64,000 nucleotides of DNA from Camelus dromedarius (Eukaryota): assembly GCF_036321535.1 (NCBI RefSeq), contig NC_087437.1:10914001-10978000 (forward strand), in the 5' to 3' direction. The position numbers and the translations under genes are program-made. Shown here piece by piece: positions 1 to 11,545 of this stretch (positions within the stretch are counted from its first letter, which is position 1; every line of letters begins with the position of its first letter). The notes beneath the pieces were generated by a model. The model was given only the letters and a program-made list of their open reading frames with translations. It was not told the origin of the DNA and searched no databases.

Positions 1-2408
1 TTCAATATTTATATACACTGCAAAATGGTCGAGTTATTTGTGTGTTTGTGTTTATGTTTGAGATGAAGACTTTTAGGATCTACTCTCTTGGCGACATGAA
101 CCACTTCTTTGAAAGCAAAGTCAGACTATGTTGGATTTCTCCAAATTCCCAGTAGAATTCCTACTTTGGGAAGATGCAGGCGCTTTCGTTGCCAGCTCCA
201 TCCCTGAGCAATCCCCCACTCTTTCTAGATGTGGACAGTTCTCTGAACTGCATCCACAGGGGAGTCGCTTATCTAGGACCACAAACTGCAGGCGCAAGTT
301 CAAAATGACAGCAGTTCCTCAAGTATTGAGAAGGAGAGCGTCTGGATATAGAGCTGCAAAGGGCTGTGAGCACCAGCTTCACATTATCCTAGAAGGGACG
401 ATACAAGCAGTTGTGCCAGAAATATGATAAGCTAGAAGGAGTGGAGACAAATGACTTTACTGAAGTTCTGGGAGGAAAAAAATGGATTCCACGTGTCCTA
501 AATCCAGATATTATTCTCAAAAGACCATGTTTAATAGCTGAATGAAGCAAAGAACATAATAATGCCCTTTGGGGAGAAATGGAGAAGCTGGAACCAATCA
601 CTGCCTGCTTTGCATTCATGACTCTTCCCGATCGAGCAGCCATTGGCTCAGGCTTAATTAAGACGTTTGCTACCACGGTCTCTTTTTACCTGGCCTCCTG
701 ACGGCCACCTAAGCTAATTTCTTCAGTTCAGTACCTGTTCTCCAGGCAATCCTTTCATGAAAAAGACAGGAAAATGATGAACTTTTGCTTAGCTTCCTGG
801 GCAAAGATGTGACAATTTCATTTGCTTTTCGGAAAGGGGACCCTCCTCTGCCTTTGCTGCAGTCCCCACGGTGGCCAGGGGGACAGCCCACAGCCTCTGG
901 GTTTGGTGATACAGACATTCTGAAACAGCAGATCAGTCCCTGGGACCTCTTCCACTTGAGCGGAGGGCCCCGGATTTCTCTCTCAGCCATCAATGGCCCC
1001 TTTTCTGGTTCTGTTTGCTGCTGCTGCCTCTCCTCTGGTTGCACTGTCCAACTAGGTCTGTGTCCCAGATGTGTTCCCAACAATCCCTCAAAACTTGAAG
1101 GCACCTGGCCCTTGGCTCTTTTGGTCCCGGGTGGGCTGTGAATCAAGCTTATGGAAGCCGCTTCCCTGGAGACTGTTAACACGGTCTCAGCCGCAGGCGA
1201 AGCTCTGCACCTTGGCTGTCCTCACCTGTAGGAAAGCAAACTGAAGTTCCAGGTCAGCTTCGACAGAAGGGCCTGGAATTGGTTCCCAGCAATGCGTGCG
1301 GACTTCTGGCATTGCTACTAGCCCGAAGAGATGCGAAAATACTTCCCCTCGTCCCTTGCCCCTTCCCCTGAACCCCTGACTCATCAAAGTTCAAAAAGAA
1401 GTCGAATAGGATTCACGCCGATTAATGTGGACAACTAGCAGTTTTACTGTTTTGGCTGAAGAGATCTCCTATTAAATAGTGAGCGGGCCAAGTAAGGAGA
1501 TAACCCACTGGCCGAGTTCACTCACCGTAACTGTGCTGGCATGCTTTACCTGACGTGGAACAACAGAATTCACCACCAGAAGAGATCTGAAAAGTCACAT
1601 AATCCAGCCATCCAATGATGTTCCAACACGCTCCGTGCACCAGTGGTCCCAATACCTGGACGCACATCACAGTTACCGACAGCCCTGGTTCAAAATGACC
1701 ATCACTTGGCCTCACCCCTGTGAGACTCTGATTCTGTAGGCCTGGGGTGGACTTGTTTATTTTAATAACACCCAGGAGATTTGGCACCCAGGACCCCAAC
1801 ATAGTACTGCAGTGTTTGGGGACTTGGCCAAGTGTCAAAAGCCTTCCTTGGTTTCCTCCAGCACCTGCCCCTCAGTGCCTTCCAAATGGCTGAATCTGGG
1901 CAGCTCTGACTGTTGAAAATTCTTCCTCGATCTCAGGGGAAACATTTCATCTTCCGTCTCCTTCCTGCTGACTCTACCACCACCCTGTGATGCTACATAA
2001 GCCCCATCTGACCTCTGGCAGTTTGAAGGTGGCGCTCGTGGTCTGTCCTCGGGTCTTGTCTCCAAACTCCTGTCCCAGCTCCTGTGTGGCTTGGGTCTGA
2101 CCTTCTCCCCAGTGGGTCTCCCCTCCTGAGGGTGGACCTACCTCCAGGCTTTCGGATTCAGTAACCCTAAATCCTAACACAGTGCTTCCCTTCCCCTCTG
2201 CTGGTTGGGGCCAGACATTTAGCCTTTGTGAGCCTCCATTTAGTCTTCTTTGGAGTGGACACGAGACAGCCGGTGGCACAGCTGGGTTTGGGGACCGGCG
2301 CAGAGCTGGGCACAAAGCGGATCTCCACAGAACCCTCCTTCCACCTCCAGGTTCGTGCATCTTGTTCTTGGAAGGTAGTGTTTTAAGCAGCACCATTAAA
2401 CAGAAATG

Positions 2409-2736
2409 GATCACCTCACACCGGTCAGAACGACCACCATGCAAAAGCTCACAAACGACAAATGCTGGGGAGGCTGTGGAGAAAAGGGAGCCCTTCTGCA
2501 CTGCTGGTGGGAGTGCAGTTTGGTGCAGCCACTGTGGAAGACAGCATGGAGATTCCTCAAAAGACTGAAAATAGACTTACCATATGATCCAGCAATCCCA
2601 CTCCTGGGCATATATCCAGAGGGAACTCTAATTCAAAAAGATATGCCCAGTGTTCATAGCAGCACTATTTATAGTAGTCAAGACATGGAAACCACCTAAA
2701 TGTCCACTGACAGATGACTGGATAAAGAAGATGTGG

Positions 2737-2784
<48 letters not shown>

Positions 2785-3238
2785 AAGAAAGATATAGACA
2801 CACAATAGACTGTTATTACTCAGCCATAAGAAAGAATGAAATAATGCCATTTGCAGCAACATGGATGGACCTAGAGATGATCATACTAAGTGAAGTAAGT
2901 CAGACAAAGACAAACATCATACGATATCACTTATATGTGGAATCTAAAAAAATGAGACAAATGAACTAACAAATACAAAACAAAAAGAGATTCACAGACA
3001 TAGAAAAAAAACTTATGCTTACCAGAGGGGAAGGTGGAGGGAGAAACTGGGAGACTGGGATTTGCAGATACACTGTACTATATATAAAGTAGATAAACAA
3101 CACATTCCTACTGTATAACACAGAGAACTGTATTCAATATCTTTAAAAGAGTATGGAAAAGAATATACCTCTATAACTGAATCACTTTGCTGTACACCAG
3201 GAACTAACATGTTATAAATCAACTATACTTCAATTAAG
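2409..3238 (+). mobile_element. 5'-truncated L1 inserted into a MER33
   Basis: ORF2 peptides [15 protein letters not shown] and [11 protein letters not shown] plus L1 3' UTR; TSD-like AAACAGAAATG (2398-2408) and AAAGAGAAATG (3239-3249). Confidence 0.93.
2737..2783. repeat. (GATA)n microsatellite inside L1
   Basis: Perfect tagatagata tandem array. Confidence 0.97.
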
Positions 3239-3240
3239 AA

Positions 3241-3533
3241 AGAGAAATGTAACATGAGCCATGTGTCATTTTTTGCACATGTAATTTTAAACTTTTTAAA
3301 TCCCATTAAAAGAGTAAACAGAAACAATGACATTCATTTTAATAATATATCCTATTTAACCCAATTTGTTTCACATCTCATTTCAACATGCCATCAATAA
3401 TGAAATATTTTACATTCTTTTTTTTTTTACTCTCCAACTTCAAAATCTGGGGTGTGCTCTACTCTTCCTGCCAATCTCAGCTCGGACTAGTCTCACTTCA
3501 AGTGCGCAAGGGTGACGTGTGTTGGAGACGCAG
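3241..3533 (+). mobile_element. MER33 remainder
   Basis: catgtaattttaaac...tttaacccaat...catttcaacatg...ggactagtctcacttcaagtgc...ggagacgcag. Confidence 0.7.
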
Positions 3534-4213
3534 GTTTAAAGACATACCTGCCCCTAAACTCTGCGCGGAGCCCTTTCACTCTCAGGAGCCCTCCTCTTTC
3601 TGTCCTTGCCCTTGGAAAGGTTTTCTGTCTCTGAAGAGTCATCTCAGGTCAAAAGCCCAGTTCCCGTCACACATGGGCATTTTTAAATCCTGAGACAGCA
3701 ACTCATTGCGCAGAAGTCACCTTTTGAACAGTAACGAAGCTTAGAACTGGGAGACACTGGCTTCTGCCTTTGGGGAGTCTGGCTCTGGGCAGGGTATTTA
3801 CCCACAGAGCTACAGCATCAAGGCAGACTCACTATGTACATGGAAACATGCATCTATTGAGGACACACTTCATTGTCTAACCGCTGACAATAGAATTTCT
3901 CTTGGAGTCGGTTGCATGGCTACCGTGTAAACCCCTCCCCCACTTCCCTCACACTCACAGGTGTCAGATACGAACCTCTCTTCTCCTTTGGGTACGTGGG
4001 GGTTGGGGGTGTTCAAAAAGTGGCTGGGCTGATGCAAGGCCCACTGAGCCAATGCGTGCTTCGAAGGAGGAGCCTGGGGAAGAGGTGACGGTGAGACTGT
4101 GCCCACATCCCATATCCCCACACCTGCCCAAGACAGGTGCAGAGCAGAAATCTCACAGGCAGCTGGAGAATTTCTGGCGGGACAGGACAAGGATTGAACT
4201 GGTCACATGTAGG

Positions 4214-4500
4214 CCAGTGGTTCTCAAACTTTGCTGTACATTAGGGCCACTTGGAACGTTGTTCGAATTCCCAAATGCACTAACTCAGACGTTCTAGAGG
4301 TGGGATCCAGGCTTCAGGCTGTTTTAAATCTCCCTGAGGGATTCCAATGCAGCGAAAGTTGAGGACTGGTGATCTTACGAAGTACTTCTCAAAATTTAAC
4401 ACCTGTGCGAAGAATCCGGGAATCTTGTTAAAATGCAGGTCTTGATTCTGCTCATCTGGGGTGGGGCTCTGCATTTCTATGTGATGTCTAGTCTGCTGGT
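4214..4500. mobile_element. MER5A/MER5B-like DNA transposon fragments
   Basis: cagtggttctcaaactt ... gttgaggactgg; gaatcttgttaaaatgcagg...ctctgcatttcta. Confidence 0.6.
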
Positions 4501-6358
4501 CTAGAAAGTCGCAAGCTTGAGATTTCAAGAGGCCGGGAGACCCTGCTTAGTGTGGGGTTATGTGATGTTCTCTGAGGCTTCAGAGGCTGGGGAGTTTACT
4601 TCCAGCTGGGAGGACAGGTCTCAGGCAGAGGAAACAGTAAAGCTGGAACATGAGGACAGGTGGGATTTCAAAGGATGAGAAGGACAGGGGTGCATTTCAA
4701 CAGGAAAACAACCATGTCTTGGTCCTACAGAGAGATCCCCCAACCCCATCGCTTAAAACGGGCATGTGTTTGGGGAAAGCGGTTCCCTGTGAAGGGTAGA
4801 AGCTGGAAAGGGACCCAGAAGCAGGTTATGAGCTGCGAATAAGAGTGGAATTCAGGCTTATGCTGATCTGGAAAGCCCGAGGTTTTGACGTGAAGAGCAG
4901 CTTCCTGGAAACATCCCATGACTTATCTGTGCAACTAAATAGCTAAAGATAGAAATATACCAGGCGGTCAGGCACTGAGGGCTTTGCAAACAAAGGATGT
5001 TTGGACATGAAAATAGATTGAATAAGTAAGAGACAGATGGGTTTTGAAAAATACTGAAGTTCTGACTTCAGCTGAGGCTCCTGGGGTGGGGCCAGGGAGA
5101 AACTGACAAACCCAAAGTAGCAAAAATACTCAACACTTCCTTTTTTTGGAAAGAAACGCTTAAGTTCCCCTCTCATCTCCCCTGTTACACTACCACTATG
5201 CACCAGAGCCAAAATCCTTAGCTAATGTGTCCAAGCAATCTGGCAGAACCCCACATTAAAGCTAAATATCTCGTATTTTCCCTTATATTCCCCTGGATAT
5301 CAGTGTCCCTGCCTTCAGGCCTTTGGGTGCTTTAGGATCAGAACGTGTCATCCTGTTCCTGATCCTGTCTGCTACCAGCCCTACATGCCGGCTGCCCCCT
5401 CTCATTCAGGCAGATCCTGAACACACAAACCACACCCCGCGTCCCTCCTTCTGGCCCTCCTGATGCTATAAAGCAGGTGCTGACTTTCCAGAGAGCTGGG
5501 CGGGTAACCTAGACACACAGAATTTGCTTCCACCCTCTGCCCCACCATCATTTATGCTTGATTTACATACGACAAATATCTTCATCTTTGACTTTGCAGT
5601 TGCTCTGGGTGGCAACCACCTGAACTCCATTACTGAATTTGGGGGTAGTTACCCCCATATCTGTCCACGTTCCATCACAGCCACAAAAGGGCAGATTCCA
5701 GCTGCCTTCCTGCCCAACCGTGTGTTTGTTGACACGCCGCTCGGTTTGGCAAAGAGGGTGCTCCCAGCCAAGACTTTGAATTTGGAGATGTGAGACAGAG
5801 AAGAGGAGAGAGGGACTAGCCTTTCAAAAAGCTCCTTTTCTTCCTAAGTCAGTCAGAGCCCGAGCCCACTGTTGACAGGGTCAAGATGTTCAAGGTGGTT
5901 TCGGAAAGCCAGGAAGGGACACAGCCCCAGAGTCTGTGCGGTTGGGAAGTCCACCCATCCTGCCACTTCCTCTGAGAATCCACACCAGGGTCACTCACCA
6001 TCTGGGTTTTCCTGGGACTCAGGGTGTTTCCTGGGATGTGGGACTTTCAGAGCTAAAATTGGGATGTGCTGGGCAAAGCTGGACGGTTGGTCAGCCTAGT
6101 GTGAACCAGTGGACATAAAAGAGTTTTGGTGTCCACTTAGCTGCAAGTAACAGAGGGTTCATTCATAAGTCTTGGAGAAGGAACCCAAGAATGTCCTCCC
6201 CAGAGAGAGCCTGCTGAAATCAAAGGCTCTCGGGGTAAATGCTCAGTGATTTTATGAGTGATTCATTCAAAGAATTTTTGTATGTGTGTGTGAGCAGAGA
6301 TGGATTTACCAGAAACTGGGCTTCTGAAGAGACCTCATCTGCCCTGGAATGCCCTGGG

Positions 6359-6565
6359 AGGGGCACAGTGAATATTCACACGATTGTATTTTTTTTTTTT
6401 TTAATTCTACAAAAGTAAGATTTTCTTTTTACTAAAATCAGTTAAGATGCCTGCCGTGGAAGGGGCACAGTGAATATTCACAGGATTTTTTTTTTTAATT
6501 CTACAAAAGTAAGTTTTGTTTTTTTTTTTTTTTTTTTTTTACTGAAATCAGTTAAGATGTCTGTC
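6359..6565. repeat. Imperfect two-copy tandem duplication, unit about 100 bp
   Basis: AGGGGCACAGTGAATATTCACA...TTAATTCTACAAAAGTAAG...ACT(A/G)AAATCAGTTAAGATG(C/T)CTG at 6359-6455 and 6461-6565. Confidence 0.92.
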
Positions 6566-6612
6566 TCTTTCCTTCCTGACTTCCTCGCCTGTCAAGCAAT
6601 GAGTGTTGGAGG

Positions 6613-7104
6613 TGTAACTGGGAAGAACAAATCTGACTCCATATTGGATCTGTTTCTTTTAATTTAACCTTTGTATTCTATTGTTTTTGCTATAAGTTAA
6701 GAATGTGGCCTATAGCCTGAAATATATAGGGAGAGCCCATTCTCAAGGCTCTGACCTTTAACGGTATGACACTTTCCATTCATACAGAGATAAAAAGTTG
6801 CAGAATAGAGAATAACATTTGTCTTGTTGGAGGTTTATAGGAACATTGTGACCAGACCTACCTGGACAGACGCAAGAACAAAGAATTACAGCAGCAAGAA
6901 GTTTGCAACAACCAGCCACATCCCCTCCTCTTTTTAGTATAAAAGAGGGCTGAATTCTGACTTGAAGAAGATGGTTCTTTGGGACACTAGTCCACCATCT
7001 TCCAGGTCTGCTGCCTCTCTGAATAAAGTCACTATTCCTTGCCACAACAACTCAATTTATTGGCTTCTTGTGCAGTGAGCTACATAAGCTTGGACTTGGT
7101 AATG
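6613..7104 (+). mobile_element. Solo ERV1-class LTR (lineage-specific)
   Basis: Starts TGTAAC and ends GGTAATG; internal TATAAAAG and AATAAA; 4-bp TSD GAGG (6609-6612 and 7105-7108); closely similar to 25978-26486. Confidence 0.88.
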
Positions 7105-8450
7105 GAGGGTTCGAAGTCGTTTTAGGAAATCCTACTAAGGGGACATTAATTTTAGAATACAGTTATTTTGGATATAATGGGATGTATTTGAGTAATCACA
7201 GTCCCTTCCTTGTATAATTAACCTGTTGCTGGCTGAGCTGGTATAGAAAATGCACTTACCCAGTCTTGAGTGTTTTATCCAATGTCCACAAAAGGTGCTT
7301 CTTCTACACACAGGGAAGAAGTGTTGAATTATCCATAACTTCAAAGCCTGAGAGAGGTGTGGGGATAAGGGTAATGGAAAACTCTGAAAAGGATGGGAAT
7401 GGCTTTGAGAAGACAAGTGTGGATGTTTCAAGAAAGAGAGAGCTGGAGCAGTAAACCACTTCTGTCTACACAAAGAGGAGCTTTGGGGAGCAGACACACT
7501 CCTGTCTCGGATGCTTTGTTTTGGACACAACTTGGTCGAACTTGAAACTGTTGGGGGAGAGAGCAGGTTTAGGAGCTTGAGAATATAATAGGGGCTGTTT
7601 CAGTGTGAGACAGAAGTTTAAGGAGGAATGCACATCAAAAGATGCTCGGTGATGAAGTCAGAAATTGAATTAGGAGAGAGAGCAGGGAGCAGTGAAGTGA
7701 GATGCCTGGTATACCCTGGCCCTGCTGAGAAAAACAGCATTTAGCACATTTGGGGGTTTGCCCCTGGGAGCTCATCAAGGTCAAGGTCTTCCTGATGAGG
7801 CTTGTACCAGCAGCACCCAGCAGAGGGCCTGGACCCCAAAGCAGGCTCTCCAAAATGTTTACTGAGTTTAATTAAAACATCATGCAGGACCTATGACCTC
7901 TACAACACCCAGTGTGCTGCCACTTACCAAAGGTCAATAACGAGAAAATGCTCTCGTAGGAAAAGGGGGCCCTGGGGCCATGGGTCCTTTCCCCTCCACT
8001 CCCAATGCCGGGCTGACGTGGGGGCTCTGTTGCCCCAGGAGAGATGAAGGTGGCAAGAACTTCTGCTCCCCTATGTAGCAGCCAAAAGACGAGAAAAAAG
8101 TGGTTCGGGGAGTGGGGGGCAAGCAAAAGTGGGGAAGGAAAACAGTTGCACTGATTTGAATCCCTGTATGTCGCCACATGTGTACGTAAGTAAAATTGTA
8201 CAGAAAGAGGTAAACACAAATCAATTTTCAATGGGTGGGTGGCAACATCCTGGTACCAAGAACCCTGCCCGGGGGCACTGCCCAATTTTAATACATATAT
8301 GAAAACCATCTGGGCTGCAGCTGGGGACAGAAGCTGTTCTGACAGCTCTCTTCCAGGTGGAACTCTGAGCAGTGGGGCTCAGAGGAGGGGTCTCTGATCT
8401 GGGCATACCTGACATTAAGCAAAAGACACCGCAGAATGGAAACCTATCAA

Positions 8451-8600
8451 GGGGAAGGTATAGCTCAAGTGGTAGAGCCTGTGCTTAGCATGTATGAGGT
8501 TCTGGGTTCAGTCCCTAGTATTGACTCTAAACACAAGTAAATAAATACAACTAATTACCTCGCCCTGAAAAACTTTCCTAAAATAAGTAAAAAAATTTTT
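8451..8600 (+). mobile_element. tRNA-derived SINE (camelid Vic-1-like)
   Basis: GGGGAAGGTATAGCTCAAGTGGTAGAGC (A box) ... GGTTCAGTCCC (B box), A-rich tail; TSD-like AATG(G/C)AAACCT. Confidence 0.88.
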
Positions 8601-10004
8601 AAATGCAAACCTGCAAACGCAGAATGGCGTTCGCCAGCACTGGGAGCACTTGGCCCCGTGAGTGTGTAACAAGGTACCACAGGGGAGTGAGGAGCTCTGA
8701 AGGGCCCCCTCTTCCAGGGAAGCGGGGTAGTGGGGCGTCCTGTGTGCAGTTAAACCCACTGACACGCACACGCCAGGAGGGGGCGCCACTGCTGCCGTTG
8801 AGGACCACCACTCACTCCTTCCTCATGTTTCCTAAAGTCATCTTCACAACCTCGGCTTCCCTGAATTTTTAAAAACTGTTTTCTTAATTCTTTTTCTTTT
8901 TTAAACTCTTACTTTTGAAAGAAGTTCAAATTTACGGAAAATTTGCAAGCGTAGTACCCAGATTCACCACTTGTTAGCAGTTTGCCGCATCTGCGTTATC
9001 ATTCGTTTCATGTATGTAAAGTATTATTTTCTGAATTATTTGCGAATAAGTTGCAGACATGTCCCTTCTACCCCTAAATATTATCACACCTATATCCTAA
9101 GAACAGGATGGTTTTTGGCCTAACTAGGTTCCAATGATCAAAATCTAATGTACACTTTGCACTCAAACTTTGCCAGCGGTCCCAATATATCCTTTCTACT
9201 TAGCAGCGCAGTCCCATGGAACTTCCCGCAATGATGGAAAAGGCTGATGAGCACTTAAAACTTGCCTAGTGTAACTGCCAGAGTCTAATTTTCATTTAAT
9301 TTAATTTTCATTGAAATAGCCGCCTGTCCCAGTGGCGAGGGGTCAGCAGAGTGGACAGCTCGGCTTTACATCAACCCCCACTCCACCCTCATTCCACCTT
9401 CCCAGGCTTTAAACAAACCATTGTAAACTCCGAGTGCTCTCAGGAGAGTTCCTGTTTCTCAGAGGTCATGGCCTGAGGGCTTCCAGGCTGAGAGGATCAT
9501 CAGGTGTGCTTTGTTTAGCCAGCCTGAGGTTTTAAAAAGAGGTTGGCGGCGTGGCCTACATTTCAAAGCCGGGCAATTGCGCGTGACATTTGGAATGTCT
9601 GGCTTTTCAAAAGAAATCAAAGGCCTGACCACGAGGCTGCTTCCTCCACAGGGGCCCCCCTCCCAGATGGGCCCCACCCTGGCCAGGCATTTGAGGGCTG
9701 CTCCACTGCGCCTTCCTGGGGCCTCCTGACCCTCTGCAGAGTCTCACCTCGGGAAGAAAGGCCAAGGAAGGCTGTTTCCTCTAGGAACGGAGATGGGAGA
9801 GCCGCCTGGTGGGGATGAACCTGATTCATTGGAATTAACCCCTGCTCTTTTCTCCAAGGGATTTCCTCCACTCAGGCTCAATTCCAAGAATTACCAGCTG
9901 AGTGGCCTACCTGCCTTGAAGGTGGATGAGAAGTCCTCGTTTTTAAAAAAAAAAAAAAAAAAGACAAAACTTATTTACAAAACCGAAACAGACTCACAGA
10001 CTCA

Positions 10005-11545
10005 TGGGTATTTATTTCCTAGCTTGAGTTATAATCCAATACTAGTTTATTTTGTTGCTGAAATTGTTCCAGATTTGGCTACTGGGAGCTCTTCCAGTTG
10101 TCTCCTGTGTCTCTTTGACATACCTGTATCATTGTGGGGTTGTTCTTTTGTTTTGACGCTTCCTTACTTTCTGGCATTCAAGCTGCTCCAAGCTCATCTT
10201 GTGTATTTCCTGCCCCGGTCCTAGAATCAGCCATTTCTCCAGGGGGCTCTGGTTCCTTTTAGAATGGCATTAGAAGCCAAGATTTGGGCACTAGGTGTGC
10301 TTGTTACAATTGGGGTGTCTTTGCTTCTAGACCTCCCAGCTGACAGAGCAAGGTAATGTATGTATATTAACCTGTGTATATATTCATACTTATAAATAAT
10401 TCCATATGTAACTATCTGTGTCTATACTAAGCTAAACATGAGTTCACACTGATGTTTCCAAGTCTAACCCATTACCTCATGAGTTATCTTGAATTCCTAC
10501 TCTCATGTTGGCCCCCTCCATCCACCATCCACTTATTTAATTGTTCAATTCCAGTGCACGTGTACAGCAATGTCAGAATGGTAACCCATAACCCCACAGA
10601 AAAATTGTATTACCTCCAGGACTGCTTACATGCAGTTTCTTTGCTTTCAGTTTTACAGATTTCATTCATTTCCACTTTTACTTATGTCAGCACTTCCCCC
10701 ACCCCTTCAGTGAAACTTTTCAGATATTTGTAATAGAGTTTGTTTGTCACATGCTGAATTCCATTCTGGAATTTTTTCCTAACCTCCTAAATGATTTTTT
10801 TTTTTTTTGAGTTTTCAGCACACATTAAGGTTCACTATTTGCGCTGTAAAGTTCTTATGTCATGACAAATGCACGTGTCATGTATTCACCACTACAATAT
10901 TATACAGCATGGTTTCGCTTCCCTAAAAATCCCCTGTGCTCTGCCTACTTAACCGTCCTCCCCTCCCCTGACCCCTGGCAACCACTGGTCTTTTCACCGT
11001 CTCTATTTTTGCCTTTTCCAGAATTTCATATAATTGGAGCCATTATGTATCCTTTTTAGACTGGCTTTTCCCACTTAGCAATATGTATTTAAGATTCACC
11101 CATGCTCTTTTGTGACTTGATAGCTCATTTCTTTTTATCACTGAATTAGATTCCATTGCATGGGTGTACCAAGGTTTGTGGATCCATTCACCTCTTGAAA
11201 GACATCTTGGTTGTTTCCACTTCTTGGAAATTATGAATCAAATGTCTATAAACATTCACACATAAGTTGTTCTGTGGACAAAAGTTTTTAAATCAGCTGG
11301 ATAAATACCTAGAAGCATGATTGCTGATCATATGGTCAGCCTGTGCCTGGCTTCATAAATTTCTTCCAAAGTGTCTTCCACTGTCTTCCAAAGTGACTGG
11401 ACCATTTTGCGTTCCCACAAGAAATGAACGAGTCTTCCTGTTTTTCCATATCTTTCCCAGCAATTGATATAGTCAGATTTTTTGGATCTTAGTCATTCTT
11501 GTAGGTGTGTAGCAGTAATTCATTGTTTTAATTGGAGTAATTTTT
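10005..11545 (-). mobile_element. Old L1 (L1MC-like) 3' region
   Basis: Antisense L1 3' UTR and ORF2 end motifs (gacatcttggttgtttccac, ttccaaagtg, accattttgcgttcccac). Confidence 0.75.

Noticed and set aside
121..2400. Numerous 60-175 aa ORFs here and throughout the window
   Set aside because: Mostly non-ATG starts, no recognisable domains, no consistent exon chain; consistent with chance ORFs in non-coding mammalian DNA.
2406..2699. ORFs with L1 ORF2-like peptides (also 14594, 15093, 15229, 23360, 55111)
   Set aside because: Fragments of truncated, frameshifted L1 copies, not host genes or active elements.
8451..8525. tRNA-like A/B box sequences here and at the other SINE copies
   Set aside because: They are SINE heads with A-rich tails and TSDs, not tRNA genes.
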